64,000 bases of DNA from an uncultured Chloroflexia bacterium (GTDB taxonomy: Bacteria; Chloroflexota; Limnocylindria; Limnocylindrales; CSP1-4). Made by a program: the position numbers and the translations under genes. The notes beneath the pieces were generated by a model, which saw only the letters and a list, made by a program, of their open reading frames with translations, made no database searches and was not told the origin of the DNA. Location of the stretch: the NCBI GenBank assembly GCA_963746845.1, contig CAVVCZ010000006.1, positions 32,001-96,000 of the forward strand. Direction: 5' to 3'. Shown one piece after another: positions 48,710 to 59,064 of the stretch; positions within the stretch are counted from its first letter, which is position 1, and each line of letters opens with the position of its first letter.

Positions 48710-50308
48710 TTGACCACGTTCCTGGACCAGACCACCGACCTTGCCCCGCTGCGCCCCGATCTCGACATCGAGGCGCCGTCGGCCGATCTTGCCTCGCTCG
48801 AGCTCGAGACGGCCGCCGACCCGGCCGAGCTCCTCGGCGCCACCGCGCTCGACGGTCTCGCGATCGCCGACGGTGAGCCCGTCGTGGTGCCGGTCGCGAA
48901 GCCGGCCCGCAAGACCGCAACCCCCGATCCCGACGGCGACGAGCCGGCCGAGGTCGCCGAGCACGACGACCTCCTCGACATCGAGGACTCGACCCGGCTG
49001 TACCTCCGCGAGATCGCCCGCGTCCCCCTCCTCACGGCCGAGGAGGAGGTCATGCTCGCCAAGACGATGGAGCTCGGCAAGCGGATCAACACCGATCCCG
49101 CGTCGGCCGTCCTCGACCTCCACGTCTGGGGCATCAACGAGAGCGAGCCCAAGGCCCGCACGACCCATCCCCGCTATCGCCACGTCTTTGGTTCCGAGTC
49201 CGAGCGGATCGTCCGCGCGGCCCTGTCCTCCGACGAGGCGATGGACCTCCTGGTCACCGCCCCGCGGTTCGGTCTGACCGACGAGATCGAGGCCGCGACC
49301 GGCGACACCGAGGTCATCCTCGAGCGGGCGCGGAACCTCCGCGCCGTCTACAACGAGCGGCTGGACGCCGACGCGTTCGTCGCCATCCTCGACTTCGTCC
49401 ACGGGGCACTGCTCCGGCCGACGCTGCGCGAGAGCGCGGCGCTGATCGCGATGCGGACCTGGACCCGCAACGACGTCGCCCTGCCGGCGCTCCGTCGCTG
49501 GCTCGACACGGGCCACGACCTCGAGGTGATCGAGGACCTGGCGCCGGCCCTCGAGGCGTCGGGCGCATCGGCCCGAGAGCACCTGACGTCGGCGAACCTC
49601 CGGCTCGTCGTCGCCAACGCCAAGAAGTACGTCAACCGCGGCATGAGCCTGCTGGACCTCATCCAGGAGGGCAATGCCGGGCTGATGCGCGGCGTCGACA
49701 AGTTCGAGTGGGAGCGCGGCTTCAAGTTCTCGACCTACGCGACGTGGTGGATCCGCCAGGCGATCCAGCGCGGTCTCGCGGACCAGAGCCGGACGATCCG
49801 GATCCCGGTCCACATGGTCGAGACGATGAACCGGGTCACCCGCGTGACCCGCGAGCTCACCGTCACCCTCGGCCGCGAGCCGACGGTCGCCGAGATCTCG
49901 GAGGTCCTGTCACTCGACCCGAAGACGGCGATCACGCCGGAGCGGGTCGAGGAGGTCCGCGCCTACGGCCGGCTGCCGGTCTCGCTCGAGACCCCGGTCG
50001 GCGACGAGAGCGACACCGAGCTCGGCTCGCTCATCGAGGACAAGGATGCGGTCTCGCCGCTCGAGGCGGTCACGGACCAGATGCTCCGCGAGCAGGTCGA
50101 GAAGGTGCTCGACAGCCTCGACGGCCGCGAGCAGCGTGTGATCCGGCTGCGGTTCGGCCTCGATGATGGTCGGCCGCGGACGCTCGAGGAGGTCGGGCAC
50201 GAGTTCGGGCTGACCCGCGAGCGGATCCGCCAGATCGAGTCGCACGCGCTGCGCAAGCTGCGCCACCCGTCCCGGAGCCGCAAGCTCCGCGAGTTCGCGA
50301 TGGACTGA
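48710..50308 (+). CDS. rpoD: RpoD/SigA-type sigma-70 factor with a large insertion
   Basis: [58 protein letters not shown]; TTG start with GGAG RBS. Confidence 0.9.
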   Translation: MTTFLDQTTDLAPLRPDLDIEAPSADLASLELETAADPAELLGATALDGLAIADGEPVVVPVAKPARKTATPDPDGDEPAEVAEHDDLLDIEDSTRLYLREIARVPLLTAEEEVMLAKTMELGKRINTDPASAVLDLHVWGINESEPKARTTHPRYRHVFGSESERIVRAALSSDEAMDLLVTAPRFGLTDEIEAATGDTEVILERARNLRAVYNERLDADAFVAILDFVHGALLRPTLRESAALIAMRTWTRNDVALPALRRWLDTGHDLEVIEDLAPALEASGASAREHLTSANLRLVVANAKKYVNRGMSLLDLIQEGNAGLMRGVDKFEWERGFKFSTYATWWIRQAIQRGLADQSRTIRIPVHMVETMNRVTRVTRELTVTLGREPTVAEISEVLSLDPKTAITPERVEEVRAYGRLPVSLETPVGDESDTELGSLIEDKDAVSPLEAVTDQMLREQVEKVLDSLDGREQRVIRLRFGLDDGRPRTLEEVGHEFGLTRERIRQIESHALRKLRHPSRSRKLREFAMD

Positions 50309-50332
50309 CGACCGACCCGGTCGTCTGAACGA

Positions 50333-50368
50333 ACGCCGCCCCGCTCTCCGGAGCCGGGCGGCGTCTTC
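50333..50368 (+). terminator. Hairpin after the sigma gene
   Basis: ACGCCGCCC...GGGCGGCGT followed by CTTC. Confidence 0.6.
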
Positions 50369-50430
50369 GTGTCCGGCGCGAGGCGGGCGCAGCCGGCGGC
50401 GAGAGTGCGGCACGTCCGGCCCCCCGGACG

Positions 50431-50830
50431 TCAGGACCGGGACGCGGCGTAGTCCTCGAGCCGGCGGAGCTCGTCCGCGTAGATCCCGGACAGCATCCGT
50501 GGCGCGAACAGCCGCTCGAGCACACCCTGAACCCGCCCTGTGAGGTCCACCTCGTGGCGACGCGGACGGTCGTGCCGCCGTTCGTCGGCGCGAACTTCGA
50601 AGGTCGTCGTCATCGGCCGGTCGAGGACGACCTCCTCGATCAGGCGACCCTCGTCGACGCGGGTCACCCGGGTCCGGACGGCCTCGGTTCGACCGCCCAT
50701 CGTGAACGTCGACGAGGTGATCGTCCCGACGCCGGTCCCCCTGCCTCGACGGTGAAGTCCTGGAACGCCGGCGGCAGGATTGAGCCGAAATCGATGGCCT
50801 GAGCGTCGTCGGCAACCGCCGCCACGTCGA
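50431..50830 (-). pseudogene. SRPBCC-family remnant
   Basis: ILPPAFQDFTVE / GVGT..MGGRTE / VLERLFAPRML..DELRRL across shifted frames; no clear start. Confidence 0.6.
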
Positions 50831-50863
50831 TGGACGAACGTCGATCCCCGTCGGCGGAACGCC

Positions 50864-51382
50864 CTAGGCCTCGGGACGCGACGGCGCGGGCGCCGCGAGA
50901 CCGTCCACGACCTCGACGTTGGGCAGGGTCAGCAGGATCGACGGCGGCGCGAGCACCTTCCACGACCGGCTGCCACCGCCGACGACGATCCGCTCGCGAG
51001 CCAGGACGGCGGCATCGACCCACAGCGGCAGATCGGCCGGCAGACCGAACACGGTCACGCCTCCGATCTCGTGCCCGGTCAGCTCCCTCGTCTCGTCGGG
51101 CGAGGCGAACGACGACTTGCGCCCGAACCGGCCCTTGACCACGCGGTTGACGTCGAGCCGATGGCTCGCCAGGACGACGCACGCGGCATGCATGGGCGGG
51201 TTGCCCTTGCCGACGACGATGATCGTGTTGGCCGAGTCCTCCAGCGCGAATCCGTAGGCGGCGCAGAATGCTGCCGTATCGGCGAGCGCCGGGTCGCACG
51301 CGAAGAGCTCGTACTCGCCGCGGCCGGCGAGCCAGCCCTCGAGCGCGCGCCGGTCCGCTTCCGCCGAGGGATCGATCACCAT
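50864..51382 (-). CDS. YbaK/EbsC aminoacyl-tRNA deacylase family protein
   Basis: SFASPDET..TGHEIGGVTVFGL..VGGGSR. Confidence 0.88.
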   Translation of the reverse strand: MVIDPSAEADRRALEGWLAGRGEYELFACDPALADTAAFCAAYGFALEDSANTIIVVGKGNPPMHAACVVLASHRLDVNRVVKGRFGRKSSFASPDETRELTGHEIGGVTVFGLPADLPLWVDAAVLARERIVVGGGSRSWKVLAPPSILLTLPNVEVVDGLAAPAPSRPEA

Positions 51383-51410
51383 GCGGACACGGTAGCGGAG
51401 ACCGGATCCG

Positions 51411-52376
51411 TCAGGGCGTCCCCACGACCGTGACCGAGCCGACCCCGCCGGACAGGTCGATGTCCGCGCGGTTCGAGGCCGTGCCGTAGTCGGGTGATTC
51501 GAAGCCCGCGGCGGAGCGCGGGAACCGGGTCTCGTCGATCTGGCTGCTGCCGATCGTCATCCGGCTCTTGATCCGCGCCGCGACGCCCGTCGGGACCTCG
51601 ATCGTCAGCGACGCCGCGCCGGCCGATGCCCGGACGGTCGTCATGCCGGCCGCGCGCGGCAGCCGGATCCGCGTCTCGCTGGCGCCGCTCTGGATCTTGA
51701 CGCTGCGGACGGGCAGGTCCGCGAGATCGAGCATCGCGCGTGCCGCACCGGTCTGGAAGTCGAGATCCAGCGGGACCTCGCCGGTCAGCCCGATGGTCCA
51801 GTCCGAGCGCCGGTCCAGCCAGGGCATCCCGTACGAGGTGTCCTGGTGCAGCTCGACCTTGCCGGGACCCCGGTCCTTCGGGATGACCCCGCCCTCGAAC
51901 GTCCCGTCGACGAGGTTGCCCGGGGCGGCTCGGCCGGACGTGAGCGTGCCCGCCCCGAACTGGATCCGCACCGACGCCTCGCTCGCGTTCCCGAGCGGGA
52001 CGACGAGGTGCTCGTTCGGGCCGCTCCGGGGGATCAGGGCGCCGACCAGGAACCACACGCCGAGCGCGACGAGGAGCACCGGCCACCACTCGGTGAACAG
52101 GTCGAGCGGCGTCCGGCCGAGGTAGCCCGTCGTGCCGCCGAGGAACAGCAGCCCGACGACGATCGTGACGACCGGCCAGGTGAAGGCCCACAGACCGGAC
52201 ACGCTGTGCTCGCCGTTGACGATCACGGAGATGAAGCCCGCGATCCCCGCGAGGACCACGAACATCGGCCAGGCGACGCTCCAGTCCAGGTCGAGCAGCT
52301 GCCGGATGAGGAACAGCAGCCCGAGGCCGACGAGCCAGGTCCCGGCGATGATCGGCCCGCGGCGGTCGCCGCTCAC
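51411..52376 (-). CDS. LiaF/DUF5668-like membrane protein with beta-repeat C-terminal domain
   Basis: Repeated WP motifs in TM region; GAGTL/GASE/GVGSV repeats. Confidence 0.7.
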   Translation of the reverse strand: MSGDRRGPIIAGTWLVGLGLLFLIRQLLDLDWSVAWPMFVVLAGIAGFISVIVNGEHSVSGLWAFTWPVVTIVVGLLFLGGTTGYLGRTPLDLFTEWWPVLLVALGVWFLVGALIPRSGPNEHLVVPLGNASEASVRIQFGAGTLTSGRAAPGNLVDGTFEGGVIPKDRGPGKVELHQDTSYGMPWLDRRSDWTIGLTGEVPLDLDFQTGAARAMLDLADLPVRSVKIQSGASETRIRLPRAAGMTTVRASAGAASLTIEVPTGVAARIKSRMTIGSSQIDETRFPRSAAGFESPDYGTASNRADIDLSGGVGSVTVVGTP

Positions 52377-53005
52377 GTGCCCGCCCCGGGCCCGCCTGGC
52401 TCGGTGGGGCCACTGGGTCCGGTCGGGCCGCTCGGGCCGGTCGGGCCACTCGGGCCGCTCGGGCGGAAGGCCATCGCCAGGACGAGGATCCCGAGCGCGA
52501 CCAGCACCAGCGGCCAGAAGAAGTCGAAGTTGATCTGGGGGATGTACTCGCGGACGAGGAAGCCGACGCCGAGGAGGACGAGGAGTCCCCCGATGACGAT
52601 CGAGGCGGTTCGTCCGTCACCGTTGCGCGCTCGCCGCGCGGCGCGGCGTGCGTCGCGCTCGGCCGCCCGCTGGCTGCGCCAGTCCACCGTACCGGGTGGC
52701 TGGGTCGCGGCGGCGCCGGTCGTGCCGCCGGCCGCCGTGCGGCCCGCGGCACCCGGGGCGGCCGCGCCGGCCGGGACCGGACCCGTCGAGGGCGCCCACG
52801 GGGCGGCTCCGAGGTCGGGCTCCTCCGGCACGACGATCGCCATCACGATGTAGATGACGATCCCGATGCCGCCCGCGAGGACGAGCACCGCCCAGCCGAT
52901 CCGGACGAGCGAAGGGTCGAGGCCGAGATAGTCGGCGAGTCCGCCCGCGACGCCGGCGATCATCCGGTCGTCGCGCGATCGATAGAGACGCGCGCCCGTG
53001 CCCAT
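52373..53005 (-). CDS. pspC: PspC domain protein
   Basis: RLYRSRDDRMIAGVAGGLADYLGLDPSLVR..YIVMAIVVPEE. Confidence 0.92.
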   Translation of the reverse strand: MGTGARLYRSRDDRMIAGVAGGLADYLGLDPSLVRIGWAVLVLAGGIGIVIYIVMAIVVPEEPDLGAAPWAPSTGPVPAGAAAPGAAGRTAAGGTTGAAATQPPGTVDWRSQRAAERDARRAARRARNGDGRTASIVIGGLLVLLGVGFLVREYIPQINFDFFWPLVLVALGILVLAMAFRPSGPSGPTGPSGPTGPSGPTEPGGPGAGT

Positions 53006-53964
53006 CAGCAGCCTCCGTTCGGGTCCAGGTTGAAGGCGGCGGCGTTGCCTTCGACATGGAGCGAGATCGTGCCGGCGTCACCCTGTGCCGGTCGCGTCCA
53101 GATCGTGCCGTCGCGGGACAGGTTCCGCGACGACAGGTTCGTCGCGAACGTCAGCTGCTCCTCGACATCGAGGCGGAGCCCGGACGTCGGCGGGACGCAG
53201 ATGTCCAGTGCGCCGGCGTTGACCGAGACGCTGCCGGTCGTGTTGCCTCCACCGAGGGTGAGCCGCATCCGGCCGGCGTTCATCGTCATCTCGACCGACT
53301 TCACGGTCGCCGAGCCCGCGTTGAGCCGCAGGTCTCCGGCGTTCAGGTCGGTCTGGAGGCGGTCGAGGGCCGCCGACCCGAGATCGACGTTCGAGCTCGC
53401 GGCGTTGGCCTCGATCTCGAACGCGGTGAGCGATGCCGCCGGGACACGGATCGTCCAGTCCTGGCGACGATCCGTCCCCGTCGGGGCACGGACGTCGAGG
53501 CTGGCGGCGGCAGCGTCGATCGTCGGTGGCTCGCCGCGATACGCGGCGTGGACGGTCCAGGTCGGGTCATCGCCCGCACGGAAGTCGATCGATCCGCAGT
53601 CCAGGTTCAGGTTGACCTGGGTGGGACCGCTGAACGTGCCCGACTTGTCGACCTGGGCGTTGGTGTCGTTGCCGAAGCCGCAGGCCCCGACCGCGCCCAG
53701 CCAGAAGCTGCCGCTCGCGAGGGCGGCCCCGCCCATCGTGCCGAGGGTCAGGGCCATGACGATCAGGCCGACGAGCGCCAGTCGGGTCCGGCTGCCGAGG
53801 ATCAGGATCCCGACGCCGATAACGACCAGCGGCCACAGGCGCCAGGCGTCAGCGAGGCGGCTGGCGTCGATCTGGCCGCCCCGGGTGAGGAGCGGGATCG
53901 CGCCGAGCGGGATCAGGAAGAGCCCCCAGAAGAGGAGGCCGCGCCGAATGCGCATGGCATCCAC
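53005..53964 (-). CDS. LiaF/DUF5668-like membrane protein with adhesin-like domain
   Basis: LFWGLFLI..WRLWPL; NAG repeats. Confidence 0.7.
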   Translation of the reverse strand: MDAMRIRRGLLFWGLFLIPLGAIPLLTRGGQIDASRLADAWRLWPLVVIGVGILILGSRTRLALVGLIVMALTLGTMGGAALASGSFWLGAVGACGFGNDTNAQVDKSGTFSGPTQVNLNLDCGSIDFRAGDDPTWTVHAAYRGEPPTIDAAAASLDVRAPTGTDRRQDWTIRVPAASLTAFEIEANAASSNVDLGSAALDRLQTDLNAGDLRLNAGSATVKSVEMTMNAGRMRLTLGGGNTTGSVSVNAGALDICVPPTSGLRLDVEEQLTFATNLSSRNLSRDGTIWTRPAQGDAGTISLHVEGNAAAFNLDPNGGC

Positions 53965-54104
53965 CGTTCGAGCAGGTTCGGGGGTGCGCCGCGGGCATTG
54001 GCGCAGCCACGCGTTCGAGTGGCGACCCCATCGTCGCCGACCGCGTCAACGGTCGCGTGTGCCGAATGTCACGGCCGTCGCGGCCGAATGTCGTGTTGTC
54101 GCGG

Positions 54105-54455
54105 TCAGCCGGATCCGCCGGTCGTGGCATGGCTCCGACCGGAGCCGCCCTGGCTCGGCCGGATCCGCGTCGTGCCGGTGCCGGACGAGCCCGAGGAGCC
54201 CGAACCGCTGCCGCCGACCCGGTTGGGGTCGGTCACGGTGGTCCGCGGCGCGGGGGTTGCCGTCGTCCCCGACCCGCCGCCGTCCACGTCGCTCGCCCTC
54301 GTCGCGCCCGGGACACCGGACCACGACGCGGCGGCGAGCAGGCTGAACCCGGCCGTCCCCGCGACGCCGGCGACGGCCGCGACCCGGGTGAGCGACCGAT
54401 GCCGGTCGATCGCCCGGCGCCGGCGGTGGATGTGGATCCCGGAGTCGCCGGTCAT
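54105..54455 (-). CDS. Small membrane-anchored Gly/Ser/Thr-rich protein ending ATTGGSG
   Basis: Arg-rich N-terminus + TM + low-complexity region; overlaps the ferredoxin stop. Confidence 0.65.
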   Translation of the reverse strand: MTGDSGIHIHRRRRAIDRHRSLTRVAAVAGVAGTAGFSLLAAASWSGVPGATRASDVDGGGSGTTATPAPRTTVTDPNRVGGSGSGSSGSSGTGTTRIRPSQGGSGRSHATTGGSG

Positions 54456-54721
54456 CGGCGGTTCCCCGGTCCCGCCGGACGCCGCACGAGGCGGAGCGCC
54501 AGGACGGGGCAGACCGCCGCGGCGCGGCGAGCGTGGTCCATCAGCTCGTCCGGGATCCCGCCCGGGCGGATGATCGGATAGCCCCAGTCGTCGAGGTCGA
54601 CGACCTCCGGGAGCAGCTCCGCGCACATCCCGAAGCCGTCACACGCGATCCGATCGACGACCAGCTCGACGGATCCGGGCGTGTCCCGGGCGGACGGGGT
54701 CCGCGTCGTCGCGAAGGCCAT
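54452..54721 (-). CDS. Ferredoxin
   Basis: CDGFGMCAELLP..DDWGYP..CPVLAL. Confidence 0.9.
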   Translation of the reverse strand: MAFATTRTPSARDTPGSVELVVDRIACDGFGMCAELLPEVVDLDDWGYPIIRPGGIPDELMDHARRAAAVCPVLALRLVRRPAGPGNRR

Positions 54722-54722
54722 C

Positions 54723-55970
54723 TCAGGCCACCTGCCGTCCCGTGCCCTGCCACGAGCCGATCTCGCGCGAGCACGTGCGACGGACCTGGTGGAGGTCCCA
54801 TTCGGCGCCGAAGACCCGGAGCGAGCTCAGGACGTGGCCGACCGCGCCGTCCGGATGCCGGCACGCGCCGCGGCCCGACAGCTGGCGCGACCAGCGCTCG
54901 ATCCGCTCCAGGTCGTCGCGCTCCGCCGTGCCTCCGGCCAGCCGGGCGGTCGCGTCCGCGATTGCCCGCAGCCCGAACACGCACGGTCCGCACTGGGCCG
55001 CGCTCTGGCCGGCCATGTAGCCCATGATCGTGGCGGTCGCCCGGACGCCGCAGCGGTCGTTGCCGAGGAACGCCACGACGCCCGCGCCGAACGCCGAGCC
55101 CGCCTCGCGCAGGGCGACCGGGTCCAGCGGGAGGTCCCAGCCGCGTTCGGCCGACATCCAGCCGCCGAAGTAGCCGCCGACGAGCACGGCCTGGCGATCG
55201 GTCGCGCGCTTGCCCGCGCCGGCCTCCGCTGCGAGCTCCCCGACGGTCGTCCCGATCTCGATCTCGCGGACGCCGTGATGGTCGGCCCCGCTGATCGTGA
55301 CGAGGGCCGTTCCTGGGGTGGCTGCGCGGCCGCGCTCGCGGTACCACCCGTCGCCGTGCCGGGCGATCAGCGCCGCGTGAGCGAGGCTCTCCACGTTCTG
55401 GACGAGCGTCGGTCGACCGTCGATCCCGCGCTCGAAGGGCCGCGGTGGCTTCGTCGTGGGCCGTGCGTCGGCGGTGTTGACGAAATGGACGGCGGCGGAT
55501 TCCTCGCCGGCGACGTAGGTGTCGGGCGCGTCGAACAGCTGGATGGGGACGCGGAGGTCCGGCCGCTCGCGGATCGCCCGGTCGACCGACGCCCGGGCGG
55601 CCCGATGGACCGCCCCGACGTAGAGGGCGATGCGGTCGGCACCGACGGCGTCCGCGGCGATCAGCGCCCCGTCCAGGACGAGGTGCGGCCGGAGCTCGAG
55701 CAGGACCCGGTCCTTGGCACTGAGCGGCTCGCCCTCGGCGCCGTTGACGAGCACCGCCGGGGCGCCGGCGTCCTGGCCGGCGACCGAGCGCCACTTCCGT
55801 CCGACGGGGAAGCCCGCGCCGCCCCGGCCGAGCAGGCCGCTCGCCTCGAGCACGGGGATCGCCTCGGCCGCCTCACGGCCGCGCGGGATGCCGCCCATCC
55901 GGGCCACGTGGTTGGCAAGGGACTCCGGTCCGTGGTCGGCCGGCGGCCCGGCGACGAGTCGGGCCTCCAT
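54723..55970 (-). CDS. NuoF-like NADH/FMN/Fe-S oxidoreductase
   Basis: GRGGAGFP, NGAEGEP, YVAGEESA, NVESL, QCGPCVFG, GACRHPDG. Confidence 0.9.
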   Translation of the reverse strand: MEARLVAGPPADHGPESLANHVARMGGIPRGREAAEAIPVLEASGLLGRGGAGFPVGRKWRSVAGQDAGAPAVLVNGAEGEPLSAKDRVLLELRPHLVLDGALIAADAVGADRIALYVGAVHRAARASVDRAIRERPDLRVPIQLFDAPDTYVAGEESAAVHFVNTADARPTTKPPRPFERGIDGRPTLVQNVESLAHAALIARHGDGWYRERGRAATPGTALVTISGADHHGVREIEIGTTVGELAAEAGAGKRATDRQAVLVGGYFGGWMSAERGWDLPLDPVALREAGSAFGAGVVAFLGNDRCGVRATATIMGYMAGQSAAQCGPCVFGLRAIADATARLAGGTAERDDLERIERWSRQLSGRGACRHPDGAVGHVLSSLRVFGAEWDLHQVRRTCSREIGSWQGTGRQVA

Positions 55971-56572
55971 CAGTCGTTCCTCCACGCCGTCTCGACCGCG
56001 ACGGGATCGGCCGTTCCCGCGGTCACGGCGCCGAGTCGCTCGCGGTTCGTCTCGCCGGCGGTGAGACGCCAGAGAAGGCACGCCCCGACCGCGACGATGC
56101 ACGACGCGGTGACGAGCAGCATCCAGGGATCGAGCGTGTCGCTCCCGGACGTGATCGAGTGGGCGACCGCGAGCGGCCACGCACCGTAGGCGGCCCAGTG
56201 GACCGTCCGCCAGATCCGGCTCCCGATCCGCTCGCGGAGGAGGCTCGTGACGATGACCGCCAGGGCGAGGTCCATCGAGATCACACCGAGCCCCACGGCG
56301 ATCGGCCGGTAGGACGACGCGAGCGGGATGATCGCGGCGGCGATCCCGAGGGACGTGAACGGGTCAAGGATCGCGGTGACGATGTGGAGGGCCAGGAACG
56401 CGACGGACAGCAGCGCGAGGCTCCGATGCAGCTCGACGGTGAGGAACCGCGGCCAGGCGGCGGACTGGGTGCGGGCGACCGCGAGCAGGCCGAGGCAGGC
56501 CACGGCGCTGAACAGGATCAGCGACACGACGCCGGAGCCGCGGGTCGCGAACCACAGGATCTGGGTGCTCAT
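55970..56572 (-). CDS. Ferric reductase-like transmembrane protein
   Basis: WFATRGSG, LHRSL, LHI, WRTVHWAAY, AH heme-ligand pattern. Confidence 0.88.
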   Translation of the reverse strand: MSTQILWFATRGSGVVSLILFSAVACLGLLAVARTQSAAWPRFLTVELHRSLALLSVAFLALHIVTAILDPFTSLGIAAAIIPLASSYRPIAVGLGVISMDLALAVIVTSLLRERIGSRIWRTVHWAAYGAWPLAVAHSITSGSDTLDPWMLLVTASCIVAVGACLLWRLTAGETNRERLGAVTAGTADPVAVETAWRND

Positions 56573-57546
56573 GGTCGAGATCTCTCGTCGGTGGCGATCG
56601 GTGACGGCCAGCCGTTGATCCGTACGATCTCACCATCGACGGAAACCAGTCGGGCGGGGTGGTCGACGGTGTTGAGCCAGGCGAGGCCGTCGACCCCGAG
56701 GACGATCGCCGCGGTCGCGGCGGTGTTCGCGTCGATGCACGTCGGGGCGGCGACGGTCACGGTCCGCCAGGGGGAGTCGGCGGGCCCACCGGTCCGGGGA
56801 TCGACGAGGTGGTGCAACGACACCGTCCCGCGACGCCAGCGCCGGACGGTCGTGCTCGAGGTGGCGAGCGCTCCCCCGTCCAGGGCGATCGTCTCGCCCT
56901 CACCGTCGGGCGGGGTCTCGCTGTTCTCCGCGATGAGGATCCGCCAGCCGCCGTCCGGAGCCGCGCCCACCATCGCGATGTCGCCGCCGAGCGAGACGAG
57001 GACCCCGGGCCTCGTGGCCGGATCCCCGTCGGCGGTCGCCAGGGCCGCGGCGGCGGCGAGGTCCGCCGCGAGGGCCTTGCCGGTCGATCCGAGATCCAGC
57101 TCCACACCGGGCCGGAGACGGACCTCTCGGCGGGGACGTGACACGTCGACCGTCTCCCAGCCGGGGATCGGCTCGAGCCGAAGGTCGATCGGGCCGGTCC
57201 GGTCGGCGAGCGCCGCGAAGTCCCGGTCGTAGCCGATCGCCCGCATCGCCCGCCCGACGGTCGGGTCGACGGCGCCGTCGGTCTCCCGGGCCGCCCGCAT
57301 GGCGACGTCGATCGCCTCGGCGAGGAGCGGGCTCACCGAGACGGATGCACCCGCGCGGTCATTGAGCCGGACGAGCTCGCTGTCGGGCCGGAACCGGCTG
57401 TACGTCCGGTCGATGTCGTCGAGGAGCGCCTCGACGGCGTGCCGGGCCGGAGCCAGGTCCAGACCGTGGACGACGAGCCGGACGCCCGTCCCGAGAGAGC
57501 GCCAGGTCGCCGAGCGGACGTCCGTATCGGACGCGGGGGCCGTCAT
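56569..57546 (-). CDS. apbE: FAD:protein FMN transferase
   Basis: SRFRPDSEL, DPTVG, LDLGSTGKA, SLGGD, ATSS, HHLVDPRTG, ANTAATA. Confidence 0.92.
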   Translation of the reverse strand: MTAPASDTDVRSATWRSLGTGVRLVVHGLDLAPARHAVEALLDDIDRTYSRFRPDSELVRLNDRAGASVSVSPLLAEAIDVAMRAARETDGAVDPTVGRAMRAIGYDRDFAALADRTGPIDLRLEPIPGWETVDVSRPRREVRLRPGVELDLGSTGKALAADLAAAAALATADGDPATRPGVLVSLGGDIAMVGAAPDGGWRILIAENSETPPDGEGETIALDGGALATSSTTVRRWRRGTVSLHHLVDPRTGGPADSPWRTVTVAAPTCIDANTAATAAIVLGVDGLAWLNTVDHPARLVSVDGEIVRINGWPSPIATDERSRP

Positions 57547-57917
57547 GAGCCGCCGGTTGTCGCCTGGGCGGCGCCGCCCGTCGAGGTGACGGTCGGGCTC
57601 GTGGCGGTCGTCGTCGGCGTCGTGGTCGCCGCGCTCGTGTCGGTGGTGGTCGTGTCGCTCGCGCTCGTGTCGCTCGTGCCCGTGTCGTCGTCCGACGCCG
57701 CATCCGTCGTCCCGGCGTCGATCGTGATCGCCGCGGTGGTGACGCCGTCGACGATCGTGCCACGATCCGTGAGGGCGGCCAACCCACCGAACGCCCCCGC
57801 GGCCGCGATGCTCGCGATCGTCGAGCCGATCGTCAGGCGGCGAAGGCGAGCGACGGCTCGATCCCGATCGGCGGAGCTGCGCTGGGTGGCGGGGCGGCGG
57901 TGGGCAGCGGGCTTCAT
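57543..57917 (-). CDS. Membrane-anchored Thr/Asp-rich protein ending ATTGGS
   Basis: Arg-rich N-terminus + TM + T/D-rich linker; ATGA overlap with apbE. Confidence 0.7.
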   Translation of the reverse strand: MKPAAHRRPATQRSSADRDRAVARLRRLTIGSTIASIAAAGAFGGLAALTDRGTIVDGVTTAAITIDAGTTDAASDDDTGTSDTSASDTTTTDTSAATTTPTTTATSPTVTSTGGAAQATTGGS

Positions 57918-58044
57918 GGCGTCAGGGTGGCCGATGTTTCTGCGGGTTCTCTGACAACGATCCACGGCGTTTCGACAGGATCGGCGGCAACCCCGCGACG
58001 AGGGTGACCGGGGCATCCCCGCCTGAACGACCGGGTGAGGCTCG

Positions 58045-59028
58045 TCAGAGGTCGGCGAAGGCCCGGCGAGTGACGAGGGCCCCGACGACGACCAGCGCGA
58101 GGGCAGCCGCGATCGGCAGGAGCGGGAGACCGTCACCCGCCGGGGCCGCTCCCGGCGCTGTCGCCGGACCCGGCGTCGCGCGGGCCCCCCCGCCGCCCGG
58201 AAGCGACACCCGGGTCGTCAGGCTCGGCACGAATTCGTCGACGCCGCCCTCGCCGGGGATCGCCACCCGGAGCGCGACGTCTCCGCCGGTCGGGATCGTG
58301 ATGGAGCCGGTGTAGAGACCCGGGACCGACTCGTTCGCCCGGAGCGGCGCCCGGGCGATGTCGGTACCTCGGGGCGGCGACGCCACGACGACCAGCTCGT
58401 GCGGCAGCCCCAGGCTGGCCGGGTCCCAATCGGCGAGGGGGGCGAGGATGACCGTCACGATGAGCGGGCGGCCGGGCTGGGCCGCGTCCAGCGGCTGCAT
58501 CGTCGCGCTGACGAGCGCGGAGCGGGGCGCGTCCGGCGGGGGCCCGATCCCCATCATCGTGAACGGGGCTTCCTCCACGCCGCAGACGCCGCTGGCGTCG
58601 CAGACCCTCCCCTGGAGCCCGACCTCGATCCGCCCGAGGCCGCCGTCCGGGATCTTGACCGTCGCCGTCAGGTGCCCGGGCCAGTCGGCCTGCATGGCGG
58701 CCACCGACGGTTCGTCATCGCCCTTCGCCGGATGGACCTTCAGGTAGGCGCCGTTCTGTGGTGCAAGCCGCGCAATCGTCGGGTCCCACAGCGTCACCCC
58801 GATGGTTACGGACTGGCCGTCGGGGACGTCGGGCGGCAGGGCGGTGTCGATCCAGGCCTGGATGCGCAGCTGGCCGGGAACCTCCACCGAGGGTTGGGGA
58901 CCGCCCGGAGGCGCGCTGGGTGAGGCCCCGGAGGCGAAGGAGCCCGGACCGGCCGCGACGAGGGTGACGGCGGCGATCCCGGAGACGGCGAGGAGGCGCC
59001 GGATCGACGACCGGGACGGGTGGGCCAT
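58045..59028 (-). CDS. Secreted, C-terminally anchored hypothetical protein
   Basis: Signal peptide and C-terminal TM. Confidence 0.65.
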   Translation of the reverse strand: MAHPSRSSIRRLLAVSGIAAVTLVAAGPGSFASGASPSAPPGGPQPSVEVPGQLRIQAWIDTALPPDVPDGQSVTIGVTLWDPTIARLAPQNGAYLKVHPAKGDDEPSVAAMQADWPGHLTATVKIPDGGLGRIEVGLQGRVCDASGVCGVEEAPFTMMGIGPPPDAPRSALVSATMQPLDAAQPGRPLIVTVILAPLADWDPASLGLPHELVVVASPPRGTDIARAPLRANESVPGLYTGSITIPTGGDVALRVAIPGEGGVDEFVPSLTTRVSLPGGGGARATPGPATAPGAAPAGDGLPLLPIAAALALVVVGALVTRRAFADL

Positions 59029-59064
59029 GCCTTCTTGTACACGCCCGACCGACCCGGGGTTCGC

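Noticed and set aside
52395-52461. 9-nt tandem repeats at the pspC 3' end
   Set aside because: Simple coding GPS/GPT low-complexity tail
54723-55970. Respiratory complex I nuoF
   Set aside because: No other nuo genes; it sits in an ApbE/ferric reductase operon
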